Notes: generated from the sequence alone by a model not told the origin. Shown: positions 12,049 to 23,277, counted from the first letter of the whole stretch. The stretch is 59,775 nt of DNA, filler included, from Stramenopiles sp. TOSAG23-3 (GCA_900128585.1; 6 parts of 6 records of this genome joined end to end with filler, not necessarily neighbours in it); one strand, 5' to 3'. Numbers and translations: made by a program.

Positions 12049-14067
12049 TTACAGTTTATGGAGTCTCTGTTTTACTAATATGCAGTGTTGGGGTTTGTTA
12101 TAATTTTGTTTACACTTTTTGCACACGAACTTTTCTTTGTATACACGCCACCGGTCGTAAGGTAGCAGAAGCCACCTGGATTCTTTTCGTTGTTTCTTTT
12201 GTTTTAGTAGTGGTGTGTTCATCAATGTTATTTCTCTTTGTTTTTTAGTTAATATTTATTTATATTATTAGTCTCTCCTCCTCCGTCCATCAATTAAGGT
12301 GCATATATTTAACGTTAATATTTATTACATTTTTAAATCTATATATATATAGTTGAAACTATTTTCAGTTAAAAACAAAATAGTAATCCATATAGATATA
12401 ACCTCCTTAATTAACGACGCAAATTGGATATCAAACAAGTCGTTGCAAAAAACTAAATGTTACAAAAGAATTTATGGTGTGTCTATATTATATTAACTGT
12501 GCTAATCCAATATATATGTATTATATACAGGTATATAGCATTGAAAAATTAGCATCGGGATTCTTTTAAATCACTTCGTTGTTTTGTTTATTAAGGAAAG
12601 ATATATATTATAGATTAGGTAAAAGTAAATAATATTTGATATATGTATTATGTTTTAATTATTTATATTAATGTAGAATTAATATACCTTAATTAGCGAA
12701 GAGAAGTAATTGCTATTCCAAATTAAATTATGTTGTGACGTGTTATAACGTGTTGTGACGTGTTAAATTGCTTTTTCATCCGAAGGAAGAAAGAAGGACC
12801 CCATATTTTAAAATTCTACCCTGTGTCTATAATGTAAATATGTATTTACGACAGAACGAACGATGAAACTGGATCGTGTTTTTTTGTTAGTAGTTACAGT
12901 AGTTACGAGAATAATACGAGGAGTTGTAAAAACAAAACACAAAGCACATTCATTACTATTAATTTAAACTACCAACGCACAGTACGAATACTGACTAACA
13001 AGAAATAATAGTGTTTTTAATACAGTAATATTTTATCCTCATTCTTCTTCTTCTCTCTTCTTCTTCTTTATTTTTTTTTTTTTAAAAGTACGAGGAGTAA
13101 TAGAGACAGACTCTCGAATCTAGACCTCTCCTCGTAGTGTACATTATAGTGTGTAGAGGTATTTTAGAAAAGCTTGTCCTACAGTTCGTAGTTCGTTCGG
13201 TTTTCCTATGATTTCCTTGTTTAGTATACATATAAAGTGACAAATAGTACAGTACAAAATCACAATTTCCCAATTTTTTCCCGTTTCTATAGTTATTTAT
13301 TTTTTTAGTCGTCTATTTTTACTCATTGTGTACCTGCATTATTAAGATTAAAATACTGTACTGCCTTTTTCCCTCTCAACAGCAAGGACCTCCTAGGACT
13401 AAAAACAAAATTTGGTCCATTTTGAAGTCAAATTCTCATTGAAATACATTGCACAGCATTTCTATTGTTTTCTTATTAAAATTAAATAATATATTTTATT
13501 TACATAGGAAGCCATTCTACGGTATCTCTATACTTGTATCGAGGAATCGATACGTATAGAATGCTGTGTAATGTATATATAACAAGCAATTCATATTAAA
13601 ATGTAAAATAGAAAGAGGAATGGAAATCCAGGGAAACTTGCATTGTTACAGAAAGAAGAGGGGGGGGGGGATGCTGGGATTGTGAAATATGGTAGTAGAG
13701 GTACTGGAATGATTATTGCAATGATATTTGCTGTTAATATAAAATTACAAGTTAAATAGAAGGTGTAACTAATAATAGGGTTATTCATAGTATTTTTATA
13801 TATATTATAGTGTTTGAATATTTTGTTGCTTCGAATCATCTGTGTCGTTAGTGGGGGGGGAAGAATAAGAATAGAACGAAAGAAAGAAAACAAAGAGAGA
13901 GTAATCGACGTTCATTCCATTCACGGGGTTACGGTTGGCTGTCCACGTTGAAATAGCTCCAACGGTCAACGGTGAACGAAGACGGTGGAAAATACTTAGG
14001 TTAACAATTCACAGTATCTGTGGAACTATTTATATAATCAGAAACAGCTTATAGGTTGTAGAAAACG

Positions 14068-15891
14068 ATGAGCTCCAAGAGGTTCCTGTTGTGTTTACTG
14101 TGCGTGACCGCGTTCGGTTCGGCGCTGTCCCTAACGTCCGTAGAGACGAACGAAACCAGTGCAGAGGGCAATGAAACTAGCGCACCGGTTCAGGTGAATG
14201 CGTCCATGGTGCCGGAATTCCCGGTTGTAGATCCGGTGAAGAAACTTTCCGTTGAAGGAAAGGTCAAACTTGCGAAAAAGGCCATCCAAGAAGTAATTAA
14301 CGCGAAGAACATGCTTCGAAAACATTTCGCGGAAGCCGCGGACCAGGAACGAAACGACTACCAAGAGAAGCTTGACGTCGTCAAAGAATACTTCCAGACC
14401 TTCAAAAGCAAAATGGACAAGGTTCGTTTCACCAAAGAAATCGAAGACGCTGTCAAAAATATCAAAGTGATGCGCGCAGATTTAAACGAGACAAAGCAGA
14501 GGCAGAAGACTGCGGAAGAAGACAAGAACAAAGTGGTCGTCTCCTCGGCGCGAGGCAAGAAGGACTGCCAGGACCTTGCCGTCACCGACCCGGGTGACAA
14601 CGCGTTCCCTCATGCCGTGCTGAAGCAAGAAGTTGACTTGATCAACACCCTCCGTGCCTACTTGACGAAGTTGGCGCACGGGAACAAAGTCCACGACATG
14701 GAGAGCAACCGATTGTCCGCCCTCCTCGAGTACAACAGCGTCTACGACGGCCTCCTGCACGGCAAGCGCAACGAAAAGATTGAGAACGGCATTTTAAAAG
14801 AACTGGGTCTGTCTCGTAGCGACTTTACTTTCACGGACTTCAGGCACGATACCTTGAAGAAGAATGTTGACCTGAGCGCCCCGACTCGCCACGGTCTGTC
14901 GGTAAAGCGGGCGATCGCCATCCTCGGCAGGGCCGACAAGCTCACCCGCCAAACGGGCAAGCTCTACACACTCCCAGAAGACAACACAATCATTCAGAAA
15001 TGCTTCAAGCGCTGGAACGCGGTTGTCGGCTTGGCCCGAAAAAAGAATGCAGAAATTGCCGAAGAGATCAACGAAAAGGAGGACTCGCTAAATGCAATGA
15101 TTGTAGACTTGGCGCAGAAACGAAAGAAGCGTGACCTGAACGTTGAAGTTTCCGTATTTTTGCCCGCATACCACAACGCATTGTGGGAGTCTGGCGAGCG
15201 CAGCAAGGTCATAACGGATGCCTACGCCTTCGTAATGCAGCAGCACGAATGGTCCTTCAAGAAGAGTATGGGTGTCTTGAACAGACAACTAGAGGCCCTC
15301 AACGAGAGAATGACCGATCTTGTTCGTGAACGCGACGCAGATGCGGGGGTTGCAGAGACTTGCTTGACGGAGAAGTCTCCCTTGGGCCAAATGACTGGCG
15401 GGCCGTCCGACCCGACCAACGAGTGGAACGTAGAGTGCGATTCCGGGTTAGTAATGAAAGGATTGTGGATATCAGAAAGCGGAGATAAGAACGTGGAGGA
15501 CATGAAATGCTGCAAACTTCCTGAGGGTTCATATGTGAACGCAAACAAGTGCAAAGCAGAATCAATAGAAAAAACAGACAAAGATGCGCGCTGCTCCGAA
15601 GGCGTTGCCGTGGGCTTCCACGCCCTGACGCGGACGAGGGCACCCGAAATTCTCAAGTGCTGCGACATATTTGGCGACCTTGAAGTCGACACGGAACAAT
15701 GCATGCGAATTCCATTGGGCGGTTCCAAAGCCGCTGGTGGCACAGCACGATCCAACTTGGTGTGGCGAGGCGAGTGCCTTCACAACACTGTTTTGACAGG
15801 GTTTTACTTGAATGAAAATAGGGACATAGATGGAGCCAGCTGCTGCGCGACGAAGAAGAAGGAGCAACGTCCAAAGAAGTCGCTGAAGTAA
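14068..15891 (+). CDS. Secreted coiled-coil protein with C-terminal triple Cys-Cys repeat domain
   Basis: Signal peptide MSSKRFLLCLLCVTAFGSALS, N-glycosylation sequons (NETS x2, NAS), helical middle region and three C-x-x-(G)...G-F/L...CC repeats. Confidence 0.75.
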   Translation: MSSKRFLLCLLCVTAFGSALSLTSVETNETSAEGNETSAPVQVNASMVPEFPVVDPVKKLSVEGKVKLAKKAIQEVINAKNMLRKHFAEAADQERNDYQEKLDVVKEYFQTFKSKMDKVRFTKEIEDAVKNIKVMRADLNETKQRQKTAEEDKNKVVVSSARGKKDCQDLAVTDPGDNAFPHAVLKQEVDLINTLRAYLTKLAHGNKVHDMESNRLSALLEYNSVYDGLLHGKRNEKIENGILKELGLSRSDFTFTDFRHDTLKKNVDLSAPTRHGLSVKRAIAILGRADKLTRQTGKLYTLPEDNTIIQKCFKRWNAVVGLARKKNAEIAEEINEKEDSLNAMIVDLAQKRKKRDLNVEVSVFLPAYHNALWESGERSKVITDAYAFVMQQHEWSFKKSMGVLNRQLEALNERMTDLVRERDADAGVAETCLTEKSPLGQMTGGPSDPTNEWNVECDSGLVMKGLWISESGDKNVEDMKCCKLPEGSYVNANKCKAESIEKTDKDARCSEGVAVGFHALTRTRAPEILKCCDIFGDLEVDTEQCMRIPLGGSKAAGGTARSNLVWRGECLHNTVLTGFYLNENRDIDGASCCATKKKEQRPKKSLK

Positions 15892-16348
15892 AATATTTTT
15901 AAAAAAACTAATGATACATATAACTGCGCACGCGCACGGCTTTGAAAAATTTTTTAAATAAATTCTATTTAGAATTATTAAACACGGGGAGTAAAAATGT
16001 ATAAAAAGAGTATATTTCGTTTTCTCATTTTGTTTTCAAAAAGGAAAAAGGGGGTTTCTGTTTTCTCAAGAACCAAATCTCCTCCGGTTGCAGATCCTTC
16101 CCAATTTCTGGTCAAGGCTCCAATTGGCTAAATTTATAAAAAACAGCGGCACTAAATAACTAAACTTGCTAAATTTTATAAAGCGTATTTTATTTCAAAA
16201 ATTTAAAAAAGAAAGTAACTACACTCGTACGACTTTAGCGGGTTTGCACACTTGATGCGCTTTAATGCGCGAAAAAATGTACATATAATTCTTATAATAC
16301 TTAGTGCTTTGTGCGTTTTCTGGTACCTATAGCGGGTTCTTTAAGAAA

Positions 16349-16395
16349 NNNNNNNNNNNNNNNNNNNNNNNNNNNNNNNNNNNNNNNNNNNNNNN
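16349..16395. other. Assembly gap without linker
   Basis: Run of N with no TTAATTAATTAA insert, unlike the other gaps. Confidence 0.95.
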
Positions 16396-16625
16396 TTCTG
16401 GAACAAGGAGGAGTTTGGGTTCTTGAACGGTTTTACCTTCTTTTTTCTTTTCTTTTTTGACTTATTAAAACATAATACTATATATAATTTGTTGTCATAA
16501 TTTGTTTTTTTTTTTAATTTGTGTTGTCTAAAATATGAAAAATAATTTTTTTGTTCCTTGTCTCACGCAAAGCTCGGGGACACATCTTCGCAGAGCGAAC
16601 TTACGAACCGGCGGATCGCACACGA

Positions 16626-17243
16626 TTATTTGCAACACTTCACTGGCATCTTACTCTTTCGGCCATCTTCTGCAAGGATGTTCCGTGTCTTCTTCTCCTG
16701 GGAGTTGGATTCCGCCCTCGCCTTCTCCATGAGCACTTTAGCAAGTTCACAAAAAGCTTCTTCAACGTTTTCTGACGTTTTTGCGCTGGTTTCGATCAGT
16801 GGAATTCCTTCTTCACCCAATCCGTCCGCGTACGCCTGCGCCCTTTCTTTCGGGACCACCTTGTCCGTTTTGTCGTTCTTGTTTCCAATCAGTAGCTTGC
16901 ATGTTTTTTCACTTGCGTATTTGTTCACTTCATTCAGCCAGTCTTGGACATGATCAAAACTTTCTTGCTTCGTAACGTCATACACCATTATTATCCCGTC
17001 TGCCCCCCTGTAGTACGCACTCGTAATGGTTCGAAACCTTTCCTGACCTGCGGTATCCCATATTTGCAATTTGACAGTTTTATCCAGTATTTTAACCGTG
17101 CGAAACCTAAAATCTACGCCAATCGTACTTATATAACTGTCCGTGAAATTGTCATCCGCGAACCTCAACAGCAAGCAAGACTTTCCTACCCCACTATCCC
17201 CGATAAGGACCAACTTGAACAGGTGGTCGTACTCCCTAGCCAT
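16626..17243 (-). CDS. RAB1A: Rab1 GTPase, Rab1A-type paralog
   Basis: [53 protein letters not shown] and C-terminal CCK prenylation motif. Confidence 0.9.
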   Translation of the reverse strand: MAREYDHLFKLVLIGDSGVGKSCLLLRFADDNFTDSYISTIGVDFRFRTVKILDKTVKLQIWDTAGQERFRTITSAYYRGADGIIMVYDVTKQESFDHVQDWLNEVNKYASEKTCKLLIGNKNDKTDKVVPKERAQAYADGLGEEGIPLIETSAKTSENVEEAFCELAKVLMEKARAESNSQEKKTRNILAEDGRKSKMPVKCCK

Positions 17244-17904
17244 GGTATCGCACCACTCTCGTAGTTTGTCTTTTTGGTGGTGGTCAAAAGTAAAGCAATA
17301 GGTTGCAATGGAGTGAGAACAATCTAGACTAGAACCTCACGTGCATAAACCTTCTTTTATCTTGCAACTTCTATTACAACTGCACACATCACTTCCGTCC
17401 ATATATTTAAATAGTTAAGTTATTCCACATAAGTAGGCGTTCTACAGATTATTGTATAAAAATATAATAATAATAATAGACCTAATAAATTATTTTGGTG
17501 GTGGTTTTTTTGGTTGTTGTGTTGTTGGTTCGTAGTTCGTAGTATGCTGGTTTTTTTTTTTGGATTTTCTTCTTCTTTCGTTCTCTTCTACTACGGTACC
17601 AACAGGTACAATTAAAATAATATTTGGGATGAATGTGGAAGAATTATATTTACGCGTATTACCTACGAGGAATTGATAGTACGGTACGGTATTTGTTGGA
17701 CAGTTCTTTAATTGCGTCCATAGTGGCCCTTGACTTTTTTATTCTATTCTATTCTATTCTTCTACCTTCTCAGTCATATTCTAGACCGACTATCTTTCCT
17801 CCCATTTATTTACTTTTAAACCTTCCGGTTCTCCTTGCTGTCTTGATGTTTGCTTGATTTTTTGTTTGTTTCTAATCGTCGTCTTGTTTAGTTTACGAGG
17901 AGTA

Positions 17905-18004
17905 NNNNNNNNNNNNNNNNNNNNNNNNNNNNNNNNNNNNNNNNNNNNTTAATTAATTAANNNNNNNNNNNNNNNNNNNNNNNNNNNNNNNNNNNNNNNN
18001 NNNN
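17905..18004. other. Artificial contig-join spacer
   Basis: N44-TTAATTAATTAA-N44; the 12-mer has stops in all six frames. Confidence 0.95.
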
Positions 18005-18006
18005 AC

Positions 18007-18219
18007 GAGCTCTGGGGAAACCTCGGAAGCGTTCGAGCGCATGACCCAGTCAACAACCGCCTTTACTTTTTGATGGGGAAACAACGCTCGCAGCAGATCC
18101 ATTTAGGTACAATCGACATCCAAACGGGCAGTTTAATGTCACCAACCCCGCCGCCCCTGAACGGCGACACTGGTTTTTCTGGGGAAATTCTGATGCAGCT
18201 AGCACTGCTCAGGGGTTAG
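18007..18219 (+). CDS. 3' end of an unknown gene truncated by the gap (absent from the ORF track)
   Basis: Open frame from the gap edge: ELWGNLGSVRAHDPVNNRLYFLMGKQRSQQIHLGTIDIQTGSLMSPTPPPLNGDTGFSGEILMQLALLRG*. Coding-like GC ends at TAG 18217-18219; resembles a beta-propeller blade. Confidence 0.65.
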   Translation, partial: ELWGNLGSVRAHDPVNNRLYFLMGKQRSQQIHLGTIDIQTGSLMSPTPPPLNGDTGFSGEILMQLALLRG

Positions 18220-18470
18220 GCAAACAATGTCCCCGATCAGAAAAGAATATTAAGGCGCGAGGAGGCGACAAGAAGAAGAAAGAAAGAAAGAAAGAAATAC
18301 AACAACAATATGAAGGAGGAAATTAATCGGATTCCTATGCATGTTTTTTAGTCAAACTATAGTACCTGGTACCTGGTACACGCGTCAAATAAGAGTTTTG
18401 CTTTTTACATTACACAGCAAGTGTAACAATAATACTACACACCATTAGACAAATAAGAGACCCGCTAGGC

Positions 18471-20111
18471 CTATATTGTGCGGTAGCGGCGCAGTCGGAG
18501 CCTTCTTGGTTTCGAAATTAGCAATCGATTAGAAATGTTTGCCCTCTTTAACGCGCCCTGAATAAAATGTAAACTGGAGTCCAGGGCTTTGTTAATTACT
18601 TTACCTCGGGCACTATTCATATCAAGATACTTCACGTATGCTTCATGCCCTAATCTCTGCATCTTCGCAACTTTTGATTTATCTTCTGATATTGCCTTTA
18701 AGCGTTTGATAAATGCTTTCGGCTCCATCAATGCAGTCTCCGGCATCCTTACAGCAATATCGTTCCAATTGATTCCCATATCGGAAAATGGCAATATCAG
18801 GGGGTCGCTCAAGATGACTGGGATGGCACCGTAGCTTAAGGCTTCAAACAGTCGGTATGAGCTGAGCCCGTAGCCCCTGATGACCAGAGCAAAGACCGAC
18901 TGTTTCATTACGTAATCATAAACTTGTGATTTAGTGTACTTGTTGACACTTTTCACGACATCTTTCGGAATAGCACTGGTAGCCCCCAGATTTTTAGGCA
19001 GAACACCAACCGGATTTCCCGTCCCTCTACTAAAGACGTTTATAACAACGGTGTCATTCGTGGTCGACATTTTGTTTAGTGCAGTCGCTGCTTCCCTAAT
19101 ATGCGAGTGGTATTCCATATTTTTTACAGATGTCCCACGAAAAGAGACGAGGATACAGCGTTGAGAACTGTTCAAAAGGCCGCTCCCAAAATACCCATTT
19201 ATTGCGGGCAGTGGCAAACTGACATCGAATTCGGGTCGAAAGTACAGCGACGACATGCTTGCTTTGTAGCACAGTGCTGCAGACGGCGACGATATGGACG
19301 AAGTGCATCCCGTTATTGGATCAGTCAGTCCTACAGAATGAAAATATGGATTCTGGGAAAAAAACCCTTCGAATACCATTTTTATTACCGACGGAACGAA
19401 CCTCAAATACTTGCTACGGTATAACTTTATAAGCTCGTGGCCCTGGGGCATGCCCCCTTTTCTCCAGTACTGATCTTTTCCACCTTCAATGACCACATGA
19501 TTCTCTCCATGATCTCCCCAGTACGGCAAGTCTTCTAAACTCTTCTTACATGATACGAGACTATAGGGAACGACCAACAAGCATGCCTCCTCAGGGTCGG
19601 TGGTCTCCGCAAATAACTGCCCACTTTTGACAATAGGCCAATACTGTCTTGACTCATTCAACCTCATAGATTCCAATTTTGTGTCGCAATGATCTTCTTC
19701 TGGGTAAAAGTAAATTTTAGCTCTAGCGTTCTCTGAGTGTGCACACCGAGCGAGGTCAAAACAATCGTCATTTAGAAAAGAACATTTAGAAAAATGTGTT
19801 ACTACACTGGCAGGTCCATAGGTTTTGCGCAGATATGATTCAGAGTATACAAGGTAGCAAAGTGCCCATCCGATGGTAAGACGCAGTACGATTGATTTCC
19901 ACCTCCTATGTTTCTCGAGGTACAGTATTAAAAGGAGTAGGAGGTAGCCAATCAAAGACGTGACAAAAAATATCAAAACTATAATGTGTGCTGTAAATGT
20001 CGTATTTATCAAAAGCGTTGAAACAAAAAATCGTGAGACCACTAAAGTGCACGCATAGAACAGAAGAAGAAGCGACAGAATGAACCGACTGTCGACCCGC
20101 TCCCCCACCAT
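18471..20111 (-). CDS. Exostosin-family (GT47) glycosyltransferase
   Basis: TTDPEEACLLV, LPYW..GENHV, FRPEFDVSLP, SFRG, SVFALVIRGYGLSSYRLFEALSYGAIPVILSD..LPF; N-terminal transmembrane helices. Confidence 0.9.
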   Translation of the reverse strand: MVGERVDSRFILSLLLLFYACTLVVSRFFVSTLLINTTFTAHIIVLIFFVTSLIGYLLLLLILYLEKHRRWKSIVLRLTIGWALCYLVYSESYLRKTYGPASVVTHFSKCSFLNDDCFDLARCAHSENARAKIYFYPEEDHCDTKLESMRLNESRQYWPIVKSGQLFAETTDPEEACLLVVPYSLVSCKKSLEDLPYWGDHGENHVVIEGGKDQYWRKGGMPQGHELIKLYRSKYLRFVPSVIKMVFEGFFSQNPYFHSVGLTDPITGCTSSISSPSAALCYKASMSSLYFRPEFDVSLPLPAINGYFGSGLLNSSQRCILVSFRGTSVKNMEYHSHIREAATALNKMSTTNDTVVINVFSRGTGNPVGVLPKNLGATSAIPKDVVKSVNKYTKSQVYDYVMKQSVFALVIRGYGLSSYRLFEALSYGAIPVILSDPLILPFSDMGINWNDIAVRMPETALMEPKAFIKRLKAISEDKSKVAKMQRLGHEAYVKYLDMNSARGKVINKALDSSLHFIQGALKRANISNRLLISKPRRLRLRRYRTI

Positions 20112-21087
20112 GTGAATTATGCAGAGTTGCAGTCAAGCAGAAATCGAACGACACCAGTGACTGAACTTGTTTTCCAAGTGTAACGGTAACACGGACTGTC
20201 AACTTTTCTTTCTGTGGTACAAAATTCCGAAGTAGGTTTTGGAAATTCATTCTGTGCACAGATATATGAGAATGATCGACTGTACAAGTATGTAGATCAA
20301 AGTTACAATAGTAGTATTTTTTGCATTGTTTTGTTATTGTTGTTATTTGTGGCAGCGGCGCACTCTTCTTCTTATTTTTTATACTACATATATACTACAC
20401 AGCAGTATTGAAAAGAATGAATCTCCACTTTTTGATTTTCAACTGAATTTCGCGGAGAATAAAAATAATACCTGATGCTATCTTGCTATTACTACAATTC
20501 TGAATCTTCTTTCTTCAATGACGACGAATCTTCTTCAGAAGAAGAACGAACGACGAAGGTTGGTGTGGTGGTGTTTGTTGACTACTCGTATGGTGTACAG
20601 GTATTAATAGCAGCATATGAGGATGATGGAAGGTTTAAGAATTTAAAGTATATACAGTGTACAGTGTACAGTAATATAATTTTTTTTTAATTATTCTTCT
20701 TCGTTCTTCCAATAAACTACGTGGCGGGGGTAGGAAAGCCGACGAGATTAATGTTATTATTATATTTTCAACAATCAATTATATAAAATATTATTAATAG
20801 CTATTACAATGACACGACTAATTTTATTATTATTATACTTACAAAAAAACATTTTTTATCACACAACAAGAAAATTTAGACAGCAGTAAGACATTTTTAA
20901 AAGAATAGATCTATCTATAGAAATATATATACATAGTCCAACAGATTATATAGGATACCGTCGTCGTGCGTTTCTTTCGTTCCATGTCCTCGCATCTATT
21001 CTACGAACAAACACAAAACTCGTCCATGCCACGGACCCGATTTTTTTAAAGTCTTGCACAACAACATAATTTTGACGACAAAAAGAT

Positions 21088-23277
21088 ATGCCATCCGATT
21101 TACACAGGCAGGCTCTGTTCGTTGTGCCACGGGCTATTATTAGGAAAGCTATAGATGAGAAGGATTTTACCGCTTTAAAGGCCATTCATAGGATCAACGC
21201 GTTGACCGTGTGCAAGTCCGCGGAGCATGGGTGGATCGGGGCGTCGTTCTCGTGCATGGAGCTGCTCTCCATGCTTCACCTGTTTCTTGGGGCCGATAAG
21301 GTTGTCCTTGCGAAAGGGCACGCGCTTTACGCAGACGGAGTGCTGAGCGAGGAGGATCTGAAGAACTACAAGAATGGCTCGTTGGGGTTAGAAGCCCACG
21401 CCGACATTGACATGGACACTGGGTCCCTTGGCATGTGCCTCTCTTCTGTTGCCGGGATGGCAGCAGCCCAGAAGGGCCCCGCCAAATACGCTGTGGTGTT
21501 AGGCGACGGTGAGATGCAAGAGGGGCAGTGTTACGAGGCCCTCATGACAATTAAAAAGTTGAAACTGACCTCGGTCGTTCCGATCATTGACCAAAACAAT
21601 TTTCAAAGTGACAACCTGTGCGACGAAATAATGCCCATCCATGACATTTCCACGGTCCTGCGCGGGTTTGGCTTCGAAGTCCTCGCTATCAACGGGCACG
21701 ACCCGCACGAAATTAGTTCCGCATGGAAGACGGCCACGACAGCTGACCATAGGAAAAGCTACGTTATCCTTGCCAAGACGACCAAAGCTGGGGGGACAAA
21801 TCTTTTGAAGCCGTCCACGCACCCGGAGACGGGACTCCTGTACCACCCGTGGCATACAAAAGTTCCGAAGTGGGACCTATACATAAAAGTAATAGAGGAG
21901 CAGATTCGACATAGCAGGCTGGAGGCGTTGGACAACGCGTTTAAAAAGCACAAGGCGGTCCGTTTCAGAGGGGACCAAGTCTACACCCTGCCGAACACGC
22001 ACCGGCCCGTCTACAAATCGTGCGAAATAGGAACGGGCAAGGCGTTTGGCAGATACTTGGTCAAGTGTTTGAAAAGTCCCCAGCATGAGAAACACAAAGA
22101 TATTGCTATCGTGGACGCCGACCTGGCAACCTCCTGTGGAATCAATGGGGCAGTGAACCATGCCGGGTACTACGAGGTAGGGATCAGCGAGCAGGACGCT
22201 ATTTCGTTTGCCGCGGGCCTTGCCTTGGCCGGGAAACGCCCCGTAGTGAACACGTACTCCAACTTTCTCAAACGCGGCTTTGAAAATATTTTTATATCTG
22301 TCATAGAAGGTGCAAACGTAATCATGGCTGGCCACTACTCTGGCCTGTGCTACCACACCGACGGGAAGAGCCACCAGAGTTTTGACGACCTGGGCGTCTT
22401 CTCCGCGCTGTCTCCCAAGCTCCTTGTCGTCGACCCCGTGACTCCAAGGCAGGCCGAAATGTTTCTGGAGAAGTGCTTTGCTTTGGATCGCCCGGTGTAC
22501 TTCAGGCTGAGGAGAACCCCAGACCCTGGCATGTTTAAGAGAATTGACAGCACCTTGGGCTTGAACGATGGGTGGGAAATGCCGCTGCTGTTCAACACTC
22601 ATTTTGATTTGGGGGACCTGAAGGGGAAGAAAGTTCGGCGCTCGGTGCCCAGCCAGGACCCAAATAGCCCCCCTCTGTTCGTAACGATTGGGACCGTTGC
22701 CACCCGGCTAGCATTCGATTGCATCGACCAAGAAGATCGTTTCAAGCACTCCCCGATTGCAGTTGTTAGTGTGCTGAACCTTCAGCAGCCTAACGAGGGG
22801 AGCAATACGGAAGTTGACCTCGTTTGGGCGACTTTGTTTAAGAATCACAGGCATGTTATAGTAATTGAGGATGACCCAGGCGCCCTGTACAAATTCGTTT
22901 GCTCCCGCATTGTTGAGGTCTGCTCCAGCAATGTGGACGTTCGAGAACAAATTGGTGCGGTCAGCCCGCCCTTGCGAGTGATATCGAAGAATGTTCCCGG
23001 CCACGGTCCATCACAGAGGACTCTCAAGGCATGCTTGCAATACTTTGGGTTCACCGTAGACAGCATAAAGGAGTTGTTCTTTAACGACCACTTCGATGGT
23101 TCGGTGGTGGCGAGTGCTTCAAATAAGAAAGGGAGTGGGGCAACGTATGCAGAGAAACTTCAGCACATGGACAAGATCGAACGGCGCTTGGCGATGGCAG
23201 AGAAGAATGTAGCAAGCGGCGGCACTGTTGCGGAGGATTCCCCCAACCCCTCCCCTAGCAAGAAGCGAAAACGTTGA
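21088..23277 (+). CDS. Transketolase-like ThDP enzyme (single chain, atypical active site)
   Basis: LAKGH, TGSLG, GDGEMQEGQ...IDQN ThDP motif, INGHD, DADLATS, EVGISEQ, DGKSHQ, PVYFRL, VIED. Confidence 0.88.
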   Translation: MPSDLHRQALFVVPRAIIRKAIDEKDFTALKAIHRINALTVCKSAEHGWIGASFSCMELLSMLHLFLGADKVVLAKGHALYADGVLSEEDLKNYKNGSLGLEAHADIDMDTGSLGMCLSSVAGMAAAQKGPAKYAVVLGDGEMQEGQCYEALMTIKKLKLTSVVPIIDQNNFQSDNLCDEIMPIHDISTVLRGFGFEVLAINGHDPHEISSAWKTATTADHRKSYVILAKTTKAGGTNLLKPSTHPETGLLYHPWHTKVPKWDLYIKVIEEQIRHSRLEALDNAFKKHKAVRFRGDQVYTLPNTHRPVYKSCEIGTGKAFGRYLVKCLKSPQHEKHKDIAIVDADLATSCGINGAVNHAGYYEVGISEQDAISFAAGLALAGKRPVVNTYSNFLKRGFENIFISVIEGANVIMAGHYSGLCYHTDGKSHQSFDDLGVFSALSPKLLVVDPVTPRQAEMFLEKCFALDRPVYFRLRRTPDPGMFKRIDSTLGLNDGWEMPLLFNTHFDLGDLKGKKVRRSVPSQDPNSPPLFVTIGTVATRLAFDCIDQEDRFKHSPIAVVSVLNLQQPNEGSNTEVDLVWATLFKNHRHVIVIEDDPGALYKFVCSRIVEVCSSNVDVREQIGAVSPPLRVISKNVPGHGPSQRTLKACLQYFGFTVDSIKELFFNDHFDGSVVASASNKKGSGATYAEKLQHMDKIERRLAMAEKNVASGGTVAEDSPNPSPSKKRKR

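Noticed and set aside
12730-12766. GTTGTGACGTGTTA duplicated motif
   Set aside because: A single short local duplication that does not recur elsewhere in the window.
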